Positions 63,268 through 64,000 of a DNA stretch of 64,000 bases are shown here, piece by piece. The first letter of the stretch is position 1. Every line of letters starts with the position of its first letter. The DNA comes from Neocallimastix sp. 'constans' (lineage: Eukaryota). The notes below the pieces were generated by a model that saw only the letters and a list, made by a program, of their open reading frames with translations, ran no database searches and had not been told where the DNA came from. The stretch lies in NCBI GenBank assembly GCA_050613775.1, contig JBODTK010000160.1, forward strand, positions 1 through 64,000, given 5' to 3'. A program made the position numbers and the translations under genes.

Positions 63268-64000
63268 TAAATTATGTTATGGTTCGGGTTTTATTAGAAT
63301 TTTATTTAATTATTTATTTTTAATATTTTTTCTGTCTACATTTTAATTATTGAAAAACTTCACTTATTTATACTTTTTGAAAAAAAATAAATATGTAAAG
63401 CCTTTCTACATTTTATTATCATATTTAAAAAAAAAATATTTACTATTACTAATTACTTAAAATTTTATATTAATTTAAATTAACTAATTCATAAGTATTT
63501 TTATTTTAATAAATTTTGTTTACATAATTTTATATTATTTTTCATATACTAAAACTAAATTATTTAATATATACGAAAAGTAACAAACAAAATTTAAAAA
63601 GATTTTACAGAAAAATAAAGTTATTTTAATCAAGAATGTTAATATAATATTCTTATATTTTATATAAAATAAATTTAAAAACTATAATATATTTAATATT
63701 TATTATTAATCAATTAAGATTTGATTTTATTTGTGGGGAATAAAAATATAAAATAATCAATTTAAAAATAAAATAAAATACTAAAAAGAATACAAGTTTA
63801 ATATTGATACAATATAATAATAATATAATAATATATTTGAAAATAAAAATAAAATATTAATATTGATAATAAACACTTTAATAAAATAATAAAATTTAAG
63901 GTTAAATTATAGATATTGATATTAATAATAAAAATATAAAATTATTGATAATATTTTAGAAACTTTTAATAAAAATATAAAAAAAATAAATATATTTAGA

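Larger units (their letters stand above)
55052..64000 (-). mobile_element. Ty3/Gypsy LTR retrotransposon (element 2); 3' LTR 55052-55892; 5' LTR starts at 63275 and runs off the window
   Basis: Near-identical direct repeats starting TGTTATGGTTCGGG. Minus-strand purine tract GTGGGGG at ~55898-55904. gag and pol are internal. Confidence 0.95.

Overview
This window is extremely AT-rich eukaryotic DNA. The organism is most likely an anaerobic gut fungus (Neocallimastigomycota), inferred from an intronless bacterial-type pyruvate formate-lyase with an N-terminal presequence in very low-GC, poly(A/T)-rich DNA. Only two host genes are supported: pyruvate formate-lyase (39423-41852) and a two-exon secreted Shewanella-like metallophosphoesterase (21674-23468, minus). 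The rest is mostly transposon-derived. There are two nearly complete minus-strand Ty3/Gypsy LTR retrotransposons (44910-55047 and 55052 to beyond the window end), decayed chromovirus and other Gypsy remnants, and solo LTRs. There is also a 7.7-kb Mutator element with an intact transposase carrying a 4-kb LTR-related satellite, Mutator-type MITEs with 9-bp TSDs, LINE fragments and a SINE-like insertion. Most notable: (1) LTRs of different families repeatedly abut each other with only a TSD-length (4-5 bp) spacer, suggesting integration right at existing LTR ends; (2) a ~15.5-kb imperfect palindrome has a 2.7-kb spacer that is essentially just the phosphatase gene; (3) a 2.3-kb retrotransposon leader holds a tRNA-like multibranch fold and four hairpins with compensatory base changes; (4) both gag-pol junctions have -1 frameshift heptamers followed by predicted pseudoknots. 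All coordinates were read by eye and no database searches were run.
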